Assembly (NCBI RefSeq): GCF_001194135.2
Contig: NC_068991.1
Location: 51,286,522 to 51,350,521 of the forward strand
Origin: Octopus bimaculoides
Taxonomy: Eukaryota
Reading direction: 5' to 3'
DNA: 64,000 bases
In this document: one piece after another, positions 12,874 to 26,721 of the stretch
How positions within the stretch are numbered: position 1 is the first letter of the stretch
Layout: each line of letters begins with the position of its first letter
Notes under the pieces: generated by a model
Seen by the model: only the letters and a program-made list of their open reading frames with translations
Databases searched by the model: none
What the model was told of the DNA's origin: nothing
Translations under genes and position numbers: made by a program

Positions 12874-15585
12874 GTTATTATTATTATTATTATTATTTCC
12901 TGTGGCTAAACATAAGACTGCCTTCAGGAAATGAGGAGGACTATGTTCAATTAAATTAACCCTAGTATATTACTGATTATTATTTCATTAACCCTGGCAT
13001 GACAAGAAATAAAGTCAGCCCTAACAGTTGTATTTATTTTTAATTTTACTTCAAATGGTGGGCACTAGTGTTGTTGCAAGTTTTCCATCAGGCAAATCAG
13101 AGGCTCATTGTATTTATGATAGCAATGCTGGCAGGAAGTTTCTGCAAGTTGGTGAAGAACAAACATCACAATGGAATTGCTTATGAATATATCATCCACC
13201 TATATCATCAGTAAATGATATTAATGCACACAAGTCTTGGTTTTTACACAGTTTCTGTCTCAGAAATTAGTCAAACCAAGGCTATAATAGACATGTGTAG
13301 ACTAAAGGCTATGTGTAATGTGTTTGAACTTGGAGCCATGTGGTTGTGAACAAAATTTCTTTACTGCACATCAATGCTCTTTAGTGTCTGCATAATCTCC
13401 ACTGTTATCTATTGTAAACTAATGAGTAAAGGGATAAAGACCCCCTTCAATCATAAATGACCATGGAATTGCACCTAGAAAGTTCCCCTCTGAGGCACAA
13501 GTCCAGGCAAAGTTGTTTGTGGAAGACCTGAAGTCACCTGTGCATACCAGCTCGCGTCTCCCCACCGCTGATGTTATTTAAGGAAAAGGCAAAAACTGAT
13601 ACAGATTGGCACCAGTGATGTCATAACTCATTTCTACAGCTGAGTGAACTGGAGCAATGTGAAATAAAGTGTCTTGCTCAAGAACACAACACAGAGCCTG
13701 ATCTGGAAATTGAACTCACTACTTGATGATTGTGGGCCCAACACTCTTACCACTGAGCCATGCACCTTCACACTTGAAAGAGACTAATGAAAAAACTCAA
13801 TAAAAAGCATGAAATTTCACCAGAAATGAAAAATAAAGAATTTCTGGTGTTCTTTAAGAATTTGCTTAACTTAACATTTGGTGATTGTCCAGGTGTCATG
13901 ACCTAATTGCATTCAGTAATATGATAATCCTAGGAACAGTTTTTGTAAAATAATCATTGATTCTTTAAGAGGCATTGTTTAGTTGGTAAATAACTTTGGT
14001 TTAGCTCCTCCAGTCAAGCAATGAGTATAATCTAGCAGGTATTCAGTTTGTAGGGATGCTACATCATGACAACATGCCTGGTCATGCATCACTCCTTGTC
14101 AATGACATTTTGGTAAAGCACAAGGCAACTGTCATACTTCACCTGTTCTCTCTGGATTTGACCCCTACAGAATTAATTTGTTCCCAAACTTGAAATCCAC
14201 ATTAAAAGGTCATTAATTTCAGACAATGGAAATTTTTAAGCAAGTTTGCCCTAACCTTGAAAATATATTTCAGTGCAGATTCCAAAACTTCAATGACATT
14301 GGGAGGAGTGATATCATCAGTGGAGGGACCTATTTTAGAGGAGGGGACAAAGTTGAATAAATTTTTGTTTTTTAAAAAACTTGAATCCTTTTTTGTTTTG
14401 TTCCCCCTCCCTCTCTCACACACACTCGCTCTCTCGCTCTCTCTCTCTCTCTATATATATATCCTGTCCATCTTTGTATCATCTATCTGCCCAGATGTTT
14501 TATTGTCTGTTGCATTCTTGTTCTATTTTTTTCATTTATATACATATATATGTGTGTGTGTGTGTGTGTGATGAGAAACCAATGGTAATTTTCTGACCAA
14601 CCATAACCAATGACTTCATACAGTCTTGTATTCATTCACAAGATGTGGATCTTGCCAAGGTGTAGTGAAAGTGACTCTTCCCCTGCTCCAGAGTAGAACT
14701 GAAAAGTGAACTTCTTAATTATTAAGCTATACTGTATCCCAGGGCCAATGAAAGCCTTATGAGTGGTTTTGGTAGATCAAGCTTGAAGAAACCTATTTTA
14801 TAAGTTTGTGTGTTTGTGTGTGTCACATCATAACAATTGTAAACAAGCATCACCATTATACATGCAGCAGTGCTTTTGTCTCCAATCTTCTGTGAAAGCC
14901 TGTTCAGCTATTGGAAATAGGTGAAGATTGGTGACATGAAAGGTATCCAGCTGTAAAAAATCTGCCTCAATGCATTCCATCTGACCCATGCAAGCATACA
15001 AAATTGGACATTACACATGATGACGATGCTTTTCTGCACTGTTGTTCCATCCAGTCAAAGGTGATCATAGTCTTTCAGATTGCATGAAGACCTCACAAGT
15101 TTAGCACCACAAAAAAGAAAAAGCACCCAAAGCATGATGTAAAGTGGTTAGCTTTAAAGAAGAGCATCCAGCCATAGAAACTATGCCAAAACTGACATTG
15201 AGGCATGTTGTAGTCTTCAGATCTTTTCAGATTCTGTCAAACCATCCAACTCATGCTATAGTCAATGACACTTGCCCAACATGCAGTGGGACTGAACCCC
15301 AAACACCGTGATTACAAAGCAAGTGTCTTAATCACACAACCATGTTTGCACTTATATATATATTTTCTCTTTCTCTTCTCTTTTACTTGTTTCAGTCATT
15401 TGACTGTGGCCATGCTGGAGCACCGCCTTTTAGTCGAGAAAATCGACCCTAGGACTTATTCTTTAGAAGCCTGGTACTTATTCTATCGTTCTCTTTTGCC
15501 GAACCGCTAAGTTACAGGGACGTAAACATACCACCATCGGTTGTCAAGCGATGTTAGGGGGACAAACACAGACACACAAACATAT

Positions 15586-15654
<69 letters not shown>

Positions 15655-18134
15655 TATATATTACGGGCTTCTTTCAGTTTCCGTCTACCAAATCCACTCA
15701 CCAGACTTTGGTTGGCCCGAGGCTATAGTAGAAGACACTTGCCCAAGGTGCCATGCAGTGGGACTGAACCCACTGAGTGACATATAGATATATATACATA
15801 ATGTCATAAATGACAGAGAAATAATTTGTTAAAATTGTATTTAACGATAAGAAAATTCTAATATCGCAACAAATTGTTTCGTAACTTAAAAACATGCAAA
15901 TAATTTATATTATTATATTTAATAATAAATTACTTACATATCTGCATTAATGCAAAATGCAAAAATCCTTCAAAATAATGTAAAATTTAAGCTACGTCCT
16001 CAGGTGAGAGAAAGTCTTTGCTAAATACTAAATTACACACACACACACACACACACCACACACACACACACAGACACACACACACACACACACGCGCACA
16101 CACAAAATGCAATTCTAATGTCCTTTAGCCTCAATATAATCCCCTTCCCTATCCCCCACTGACAATCAAGGTTGGTTGAGATTTGCCTGATATATGTCTC
16201 ACATCTTCCCCCTCTGCCTTTCTTTTCCCCTCCCACCTGTATTCATTGACACTCTTACCCATCCAACCCTAACCACCTCTGACCTGAGATTTCAGGTGAA
16301 CTGTTTCACTTGCCAAAACATTCAAATGGTCACCTGCCTGGACCAGACCTGATGTCATTTTGGTAAAACTGTATAAAACAATATCAAAAGAATTTTTTGT
16401 ACAAAATATAAGGAAAATGAAATTTTCAGTATGGATGTAATATAGATATAACAATGAAACTGTAACAAAATATAAAATATTTTATATATCATCGAAAAGG
16501 GAAGAGATTTCTGAATTACCCTGTATACACACACACACACACACACACACATGCATACATATACATATCTGCATGCACACACATATATCTGTTTGCACAT
16601 ATATATATGTGTGTGTATGTGCATGTATATATATATATATATATTTCTATATATATATGTATGTGTGTATATATGTATATATATATATACATGTGTGTGT
16701 GTATGTTTATATACACACACACGCACATATATTGTTTCTGGTAAATTAACAGATTTATATAAATATGTATCTAAATATATATATAAATCTATACACATAT
16801 AATGTATACATACACACACACACACATACATATACATATTTATATATCAAATTATACATCAAAATAGCTTGTATTCATTATTTGTATATGTATGCCTAGA
16901 TGTACATGTGTGCATACCTGTATAAGATTTCGTGTGTGTGTATGTATGTGTATGCATCCGTCTTTAATAGATTTCAGTGATGCTTCTACTAGAACAATGT
17001 TAGTGAAGCTGCTATTAACAATCTTTGGATGTGATGTGTGTAGAGGGGAGAAAGGTTAACTAAATATGTGGATGCAATCGAGCATTGTGAAAGTGCCATG
17101 AGTGAGTGGAGGTGAAGTGAAATGTTCTCAAGGTAGTTTTCAGCATTGATTTGCTTACTACAAGGCTGAACCAGTCGATATAGCAGAGAAAGAGAGAGAG
17201 AAGAGCATCAATAAGTAGATTACTGCTGCTGCTGGATCTTCTCCATACAGTGAATAAACATTCATCATGTTGGTGACATATATTAATAGAACCAGAATGT
17301 TGCATAGGCCTTCGAACTAGGACATAAATGCAATAGCACTAGGAAGTTGTCATGTTGTAATTAGAACATTAGTGTGGTACTGTAGTAGTAAAACTATAGT
17401 ATGATTGGGTCTGAGATGGGAAAATACTAATGATTGGGATTTAATACTTTCCACATAGCTGTGTCTTTTGCATGTTTAGGGAATTTTATACATGAGTAGC
17501 AACACTATTTTTTGATTGCATGCTCTTTTTCCATTACATAAACAGATATTCATGTCAGGTTCATCTTTTTGCTTCTTGAGAATATAGCTTTATATATTAC
17601 ACACATATATACATATGCATGCATATATATATATATATGCAGTCACATATGCATACATATGTACATACTTACTGCACACACATATATATCATATATATAT
17701 ATCGTTAATCTTTTACTTGTTTCAGTCATTAGACTGTGGCCATACTGGGGCATTGCATTGAAGAAGTTTTAGTTGAACGAATCAACCCCAGTAACTTTTT
17801 TTTTTTTAAACTCTCATACTTATTCTATTGGTCATTTTTGCTGAACTGCTAAGTTACAGGGACATAAATGCACCAACACTGGTTGTCAAGTGGTAATGAG
17901 GACAAACACAGACATGATTACGCACACACACAAATGGATTTTTTTTTCAATTTCTGTCAATGAATCCTCTCACAAGCCTTTGGTTGACCAGTGGATATAG
18001 TGGAAAACACTTGCCTAAGTGCCACACAATTGGACTGAACCCAGAACTATATGGTATAGAAATAAGCCTCTTACTACACTGCCATGTCTGTGCCTATATA
18101 TGTATACATGCACACACATGCGCGCGCACACACA

Positions 18135-18177
<43 letters not shown>

Positions 18178-19214
18178 TATTCGGTAGTATTTTTTGTCTT
18201 CATGCAATGTGTAGTACTTATAACTAGAACTCTTATAATCTGTTAATAATGTGTAGAATAAAAATATTTCAATTAGTTGTGGTTAACAATTCTTTTTGTC
18301 CTTCAGATTTGCTAACTAAAACCTCTGTTTAACAAAAATTTTTGAGATAATGTAACTTTTAATCATGGACTGATAAAGATTATTAGCAAAGGCTGTAAAA
18401 CAACTATAGATAAATAAAAGTATGGAAACTTAAGCGTCAAAGGAACCTCTACATGATTGCTCAACTTTCAGAAAAAGCAGCCAAAGTTCCCTCAACTTGC
18501 ATCATAATATCTTAAATACTGGAATGTTATCTTGGTTAATGTAGTCCGAGGCATATTGCTGAAAAGACAGGATGCTCTTGGCTGAAATGCCATTGATAAA
18601 TCAGCTTAAATTGATCTGATTAAGGTTAACAACAACAGTTAGAAAATCAATTGCTGCTCAGCATTTATTATTATTATGATAGTCATCGTCATCATCATCG
18701 TCATTTAACGTCCGCTTTCCATGCTTGCATGGGTTGGACTGCACCAATCTCCTGTCTGATCTGGCAGAGTTTCTACAGCTGGATGTCCTTCCTAACGCCA
18801 CCAGCACGAAGGCCAGTCAGGCGGTACTGGCAATGGCCATGCTCGAATGGTGTTTTTTACATGCCACCTGCACAGGAGCCAGTCCTGCAGCACTGACAAC
18901 AACCTCGCTCAAATGTTGTTTTTCATGTGCCACCGGCACAAGTGCCAGTAAGGCGACGCTGGTAACGATCACACTTGAATGGTGCTTTTCATGTGCCACT
19001 GGTATGGGAGCCAGTCAGCGGCCCTGGCAATGATCCTGCTTGGATGGTGCTCTTAACATTCCACTAGCACGGATGCCAGTTGGGCAGTGCTGTCATCGGC
19101 CACGTCAGCAAATTTGATTTCGATTTCACTTGCCTCAGCAGGTCTTTGCAAGCAGAGTTTAGTGTCCAATGAAAGAAAGGTATGCATAAGTTACACCACT
19201 GGTATAGCCCACAG

Positions 19215-19264
<50 letters not shown>

Positions 19265-22200
19265 CTTCATCAGCATCATCATCATCATTATTTATTATTA
19301 TTATCAGTTCAAAATTTTATTTCCTCTAAGTGAAAGAGTCGGTCCTGACATGTTGGGTGTTTCCTCCTTGTACCAATGGGCTCAAGTTCATTAATTTCAC
19401 TGAAAGAGGTTGATTGATAGATGAGCCTAAAAGGATTGAAGATGCTTTCCTCTTTGATCAATCTTCCACCTTCCTTTCTAAATTCCAGTTGAAAGGAATC
19501 TGTAAGTAGAAAGGGAAGTGCTCTCCACCAGTAAATTTGTTAAGAGTTGGGTGACAGTGGTAAAAATGGCAAGAGTGAATGGCTCTATTCTCAGTTTCTT
19601 TAAAGGAACTATGATACTCTTCTTGAAGTAAATAACAAGATAAGTGAGAATGAAGAAGAATTAAGATTCACCATCCTTCAAAAATCAAACAACTAAGTGA
19701 CAAAATTATGCTTCTATAGTGCCACAGACTTTCTGGAGTAGTAAGAACAGCACAAGGTATAGAGTATCAACTACATACAAAAGATAGCCTACTAGTAAAA
19801 ATGAATCTGAGACATTAAAACGAAGTTTAAAAAGTATATCTCAAAGATGTTACAGTTTTTCAACACTAGATGTCTAAAACAATACTTAACTGATGTATTT
19901 GATTGTACTCATATGCAATTCAAGAATTGGTTAATGGCTGCAGTTGTGGAATGCCCAAACCCAACCTTATAGTAGATTAGTGTTTAGCAACAAGGTAATA
20001 GTAGATATTTAGTAGACAAGTACATTTTTTTTTAATGACACAAGTGTATTTCTGTATGTCTCTAGAAATAAATTTTGAAAAAGTAGTAGATTTATAACTG
20101 AGATATAACAATGTATAATAGATATATATATAGTGTGGACTTGAAACAAGTTGAGTATGAATAAGCTCAGAAAATGACTGGGTATCAGGACTATTGATCA
20201 ATGAATTTAAGAAGAATGATTGTGTTGCTATGGGCTTTTAATGGGAAAGAAGAAAATTGATTTTTAAATAAATATAGAACTATAAACTTTGGTTATAAGA
20301 GTTAGCAGTGGCAGGAAGAGATCATAACAAGGTAGATATCTTAGATTAGAAATCAACAGATCATATTGCAAAGAATAGTGACCAAGGCATTAAACTTATC
20401 CTATTGTTACTACAACTGCTATTCAGGACAATAATGATGATGATGATGATGACACTGACGATGCCACTAATGATGTTTGTGACAATGAATGCAATAGTAA
20501 TTGACAATATTGACTGGTATATGATAGTTCCATTGACATACTAAATACAATGGTCATTTAAGTCTACATTGGTTATATAAAACAACAGTTTAATTATGAT
20601 ATTGGTTACAGAAGTTAGATTGGAATATACTTTGGTTATTGAAAATCTTTATTAGTGCTATGGAATTACATTTAGCCAACATGATTGTTTTATTAACAAC
20701 TAGATCAAACAGCTAAAACAGTTGATTATTTAAATTCATTTTTCTATCTTGTTGCAGCTCAACTCCATGAACAACTTTAAACATTAAATACTGTAAAGCA
20801 TTTTAGTCTCTCTCCAATTTTAAATATCAACTGCTTGAATCTGACATTCTCTCTAATTACACAAAGATTTCTGTAATGTCTGTCTCTTCAATCAATTAAT
20901 CACTTGATTGTAATGCTTCTTTATAATATTTTCAGTTAATTCTATTTTGTGTTAATATGTGAATATTATTTCATCTGCTTACTATTGAACATTCCACATA
21001 TAAGTGACCCTGAGAGAAATTGTGACTCAAAATTAAAATTGACTCCTTTAAGAGATCAATGTTGATGTTTCTGACTTCACTGTAGTCTCTTAATAAACTG
21101 ATAGGAAGAACTGCTCCATATTTGTTTCATTGATTCTTGCTAAAACTATCCTCACTGCACTTCAACTCTTGCAATATTAGTTTTGCAGAGCTTGTTTCAC
21201 AATATTTTAAATATCTGGAAGTTATACAGCAGTTCAGTTGTCAAACAAAAAAGACTGGAGACTTTAGATATTTGGTCCTTTATATAGTTAATAGGCAAAA
21301 CATTACTTGACCTGAGCAGTCTGAATAATGATTTATATGAATCAGAATTGGTAGGAATGTTTGATAATGTAACAATAAACATTAAGACAGAGAACTGGCA
21401 GAATTGTTAGCATGTTGGGAAAATTACTTAGCAGCATCTCTTCTGATTTGACATACTGTGTTCAAATGCTGTTAAGGTCAACTTTGCCTTTCATCCTTTC
21501 AGGATCGATAAAATAAGTACCAGTTGAACACTAGGCTAAATGTAACCGACTCTCTCGCACTGAAATTGCTGGTCATGTGCCAAAATTTGAAACCAATATA
21601 ACATTAAATATTACAAAAAAAAATGGGAATTAAGACCAATGCATGTGACATGAAGTTTCAGTGTTTCATTTTATCTCTTGAGATTTGAATGCATTTTCAT
21701 TCAAGAAATACCATCTGAAAATAAAATGTGGAAGCAAAATAATGTTGCAATATTCATAAAAATGATAAAAGCACTGTGGAAAATGTGTGTATATAAGAAA
21801 AATATGTGGCACAGTAATAACATGTGCCACCTGGGACAACCCTTGAGTTTTGTAACCTCCCTCACCGGAGCCCAAGTCTATACAAGCTTATATAGTGCCC
21901 CCAAAAAGGCATCACCCAGAGTGGACTGTCCCCAGTGCCATCCTCCTAAGCTGCACTACTTGAGTGCTAAATTTACTTAAGTAGAATAATAATGTTCTCC
22001 TCACAAATTGAGTCATTGTATTCATTAGAAAGATGGTGTTTATCTTTTCTTTTAACTGTACAAAGGCTGATGATTATGAAGACATGAGCATTGCCATTTG
22101 ACTAAAAGGTTTGTTTCACAACTTCATGGGACTAGGTCTAATCCTATTACAGGATACTTTGAGCTAGTGTCTTCTGCAACTGCTTTGTGCATGGAATTTC

Positions 22201-25200
22201 ATAAACAAAAACAAAGTTTACCCTGGCAAAATTTGGATTCAGAATTTCAAGATGGACAAAATGCTGATAAGCATTTTACCTGGTGTAGTAACAATTCTTT
22301 TCTCCTCTAGGCACAATGCTCGAAATTTTGGGAGAGGGGACCAATCAATTAGATCAACCCCAATATGCAACTGGTACTTAATTTATCGACCCCGAAAGGA
22401 TGAACGGCAAAGTGGACTTCGGTGGAATTTGAACTCAGAACGTAAAGACAGACGATATACTGCTAAGCATTTCACCTGGTGTGCTAGCAATTCTGCTAGC
22501 TCACTGCCTTATTCCATACATGCTTACTAATATTGATAGTATTCTCCACATTGAGTGTTTGTAATTGCCGTTATAGTGTACCCATACCAAAATTTATACT
22601 TCTTAGTTCACTGTTGCATTTACTACAATTAATCAACCGAAATGTTAAGTAGTTGGCATTAAGTTGGAGTAAATAATTCCTGAATATATTCAAATATAAA
22701 GAGGCTGCAATTCATGGAAATATAAAATCTTTTATTCCTTTACTGGATATAGTCATTGGACTGGAACAATCCTGGGACAATTCCTTCAAGAGGATTTTGA
22801 TATTTTAAGCAATTGTAGTGACCTCCAATATTTATTTTATCAATCCTGGAAGAATCAAAGACTAAATTTTCCTGGGTAACAGAGTGATAACTGTGTCAGA
22901 GCAAAATGCTACAATGTCTTTTTGTTTCACTGCACCACTTTTGTTTACCTGAAATTAATACATACACACACACATATGTGTATGTGTATACATTCATTCA
23001 TACATACATACATACATAGAAGAAAAGAAGTGATGATTTTTAAGAAGTGAAGATTTGTCAGACATTCCAAAGATTCTCCATCTGAGATTCTCTAGGTGAA
23101 TAGATTCACACACTCGAGTGTGTGAATCAACAGCTTAACCAACACAACACCTCAACCACATATTTACAAACACTGGGAACTTTTTTGACTGGAAAAGTCT
23201 TGTCACTTTGTTAGCAACTGGCTTGAACTCTCTTAAAAAGAACTTAAGAAAAGCATACATGCATACATACATATATTCATGCATACATACATATGTTCAT
23301 GCATACATACATATGTTCATGCATACATACATATGTTCATGCATACATACATGATGGCTATCCATTCATGACTGAGGAAGACCATTGCTGACCTTTAGGA
23401 ACATTGTGCGTTCTAGGACAAACTTATATTTTGCATTTGCAGCTCCATTGGTGGCTAATGAGTCCTGCTCTTGACAAGCATACATGACTACAATCATTGC
23501 AAACCAAGCTTTCCCCATTCACTATGCTAGCAGTACGCTTTCGAGCAGCACGCTTAAATTCCTCATGCAGAATACATGCCCTTTCAAAACTGTTGACCCC
23601 CTTCTTAACCTGCTTCCTCCATCTGTGACGATGACAGGCATTGCACTCCTAGTTGGTCTCCTGTTGGGCTCTCTTTCCACTAACAAGTTCCCCATGTAGC
23701 ATCTGTTTAGGGATCCTGCTATCCTTCATTCTAATAAGGTGTCCCAGTCAACGTTACTGGTGCTTGTGTACCATCACCTCAATACTCAAGATATCAGCTC
23801 TCCTCAGGACCTGTGTGCCTGGAGTTTTTAAGGACCAGCCAATATTCAGAATGTGTCCCAGGATGCTCTCTGCAGCCTGGAAGATATTTCATCATCCAGG
23901 AAGCAAGAACAGCTGAGTGTGCTACCCAAATAGACACACTTGCCTACCACTTTCAGTATTGTTCCTTCAACCAAGATAGGTGGTTCCACATATGGATTTC
24001 CTGCTGCAGGCTGGAATATTACAACAGTCTTGTCCAGGATAATGCTGAGTCCAAATGCCTTTTGATTTAGTAAATAGAGTTAGAAGACTCCTTGGAAAGC
24101 AAATGAGCTGATGCAGAGCTCTTAGGCCCATAAACTTGCTTCATAAGATGGTAAAGCTTCTTGCTGTTATTTGCATCAGCAACAGCCTGAACATCATGTG
24201 AAAAATCCTCCCACCAAGTGTTCTGCATCTTCCTGAGAGATCGCTGCAGTAGTGATTTTACACTGGTATAGTGGGCAAGTGCTAGATGTTTCTGCATACA
24301 TACATACATACACACACGCACATATCTTATGAGGTTCTGCACAGTTTCCAAGTTTCCCTCACAAAGTAGTGATCAACTTTTAGGTAGAAACACTTGCCCA
24401 ATATGTCATGTCTTGGGATCAAACTAGAGCCCTATAACATCAGCCCTAAACACCTTTTCATTTACTTATTTACTTGATACCTAAATGTCAATATTTTTAT
24501 ATAATATTCTATATTATTTACACAAATCTATCTCTGAAATATTTTTACTACTACTCAAGCAAATTACTTTTCTAATTATCTTTTGGTTTGTAATTGTTTT
24601 ATTTGTACTGATTTCACAAGTAAGTGGCTAATCAGTAAATGTATCTCTATTCTTATTAAGAAATTGCTCTTAATCTATATGTAAAACAATTTATCTTTCA
24701 TTAAGTTAAATTAAATAATAGATTTAAACAAGATACCAGTTTAAAAAGATTGAAGGTGAAAATACTTTCTTTATAAATATATTCTATCACTAGATTTGAG
24801 TCTCCTAATTTGGTGTTCAAATTTATGATGAGTTAGCATATTATTTAATTAGATATCATCTAATTCTGAACCAAAGTATTAAATATTGATTTAAGTTTGC
24901 TATAATTTTATTCCTTTTAGGTTTATGGGCAAATAATCAAAATTCATCTTTTAATCTTAAACATGTGTAGGGTTTTTTTTAGTGAAGGAGTGAGTAAATA
25001 TAGCACTAACTATATTGAACTAATACAAATATGCCATAATTGGCAATTTTATTGATAACTATGAAAGTATTTTTCTATTAGTTTAGCATATTACTTAAAA
25101 GGTAAAGGTTATTGAATTTCTAACATGGTTTATCTTTACTTTTAAGGAAATGCAATGAAATATTATTGGACAATTTGAAAATCAAGAATACACATTTGTA

Positions 25201-26685
25201 ATTTTCAATGTACAGGCCTTCACTTTATTTTACCCTCTGCAAAAACAGATACCTGGTTTTCATCTCATCCTTGAAAAAGATTGATATATTTGCATCTTCT
25301 TAAGTTAGGCTTTTATTTCACACAGACAAACAGTTAACTAAGTTGTAATATCTCATATAATAATTACCTTCAATGATGATGATAACCTTGATTGAAATAA
25401 TGAAAATTATTTTATCATGGACAGGCCCACTGAAGAAATCAACACTGGAAACTAAAAAAAACATTTTTCAGTTATAAATCACTAGAGTATCCCCTCAAAA
25501 TGTTCCTATTTACATAGCACTGACAAGGCAAAGGTGTACATAATATTTTGGTCATGGACTCTGTGTCGTGTCAGTCTTCAGATACAAGCCATCCGTGGTC
25601 TGTTTGCAAGTCTAATGTAATTTTACAAAAGTAATTATTATCAGTGTTAATTGGCCATAAAATATTCCCTTGTCCTATTTAGTTGAGTGCTCATTCACTT
25701 TGATTATTTCTTATACTGCAAGCAAGATCTTAAATTCTAAATTCCCATAACCATTTGTGTTCTAATATCTTCATTTTCTTTTCTTATCATGAAATTTGAT
25801 TTGAATACATTGAGCAGAAAATATCCAAAATTCAGTAAATTCACCTATTAATGGCTTGCTTAAATGTTATGCTTAAAAAAGCCACTCACCATGTTGCTTT
25901 TACTGCAGCTCGCTTTGCTGCCTTGTAATAATGTCCTTTGTTTTTATGAATGATGTTTCTAAGATTTTTGCCTCTCACAAAGTGATCAAAGCTAAATTTC
26001 AATGTGAAGAATTCCATTTAGATTTTGTAAAATAAGAAAAAGTATTTGCTTTCTAAAGTAGATATAGTGGCCATAAATATGCAATGTTTACTGGAGAAAA
26101 TTTGCAGGAAATATATTGATTACCTCTTCATTATAAAACAATATGTTTAATGGTTAGATTTAATCATCAGCTGCTGAAATATATTTCTGTTCTTCCTAAC
26201 TTTCTTTTTCTAAGGTTTTGGGAAATATTAAAAGTATAAATTATTGAAAAAAAAAAGTAGGGTTTTTATGCAAGATGATTTATAATTATTGAATGAAATA
26301 TATTGGTTTTTCCAAACAACATATCTTTTAAATAAATTTGCAGTTTTAGCATAATTATCATTGTTTATTTTGTCTAGCTCTGAATTTTAAGTAACATTTT
26401 AAATGAAATACCATTCCAAATGTGACAGTATTTCTATGTGGAATGTCAGTTGTTTCCTCATTGAGCAAAATGTCAGGTTGCAGATGTAACAACTGATTAA
26501 TAAGACAAATATCTATGATATTTGATGGTTATTTAGAAGTCAGTGTTTCTTGTATAATCTGCTGGACTGTTAATTAATAATGTCCATTTTTGCAATATAG
26601 CACCTTTTGACTGAATTGAACTTTAAATACTCTTATACTTACTATCTAAACAAATAAACTTGTCATCATCATCGTTATCATTATT

Positions 26686-26721
<36 letters not shown>

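Noticed and set aside
16262-16275. Telomere-like ccctaa
   Set aside because: Single unit, expected by chance.
16270-16526. Tc1/mariner-like terminus (TACAGGGTAATTCAG on minus strand)
   Set aside because: Only one candidate TIR was found; the partner end was not identified.
18811-19105. CRISPR-like array (regularly spaced hairpin-bearing units)
   Set aside because: The units are whole diverged tandem repeats without unique spacers, lie inside a eukaryotic retroposon, and there are no cas genes.
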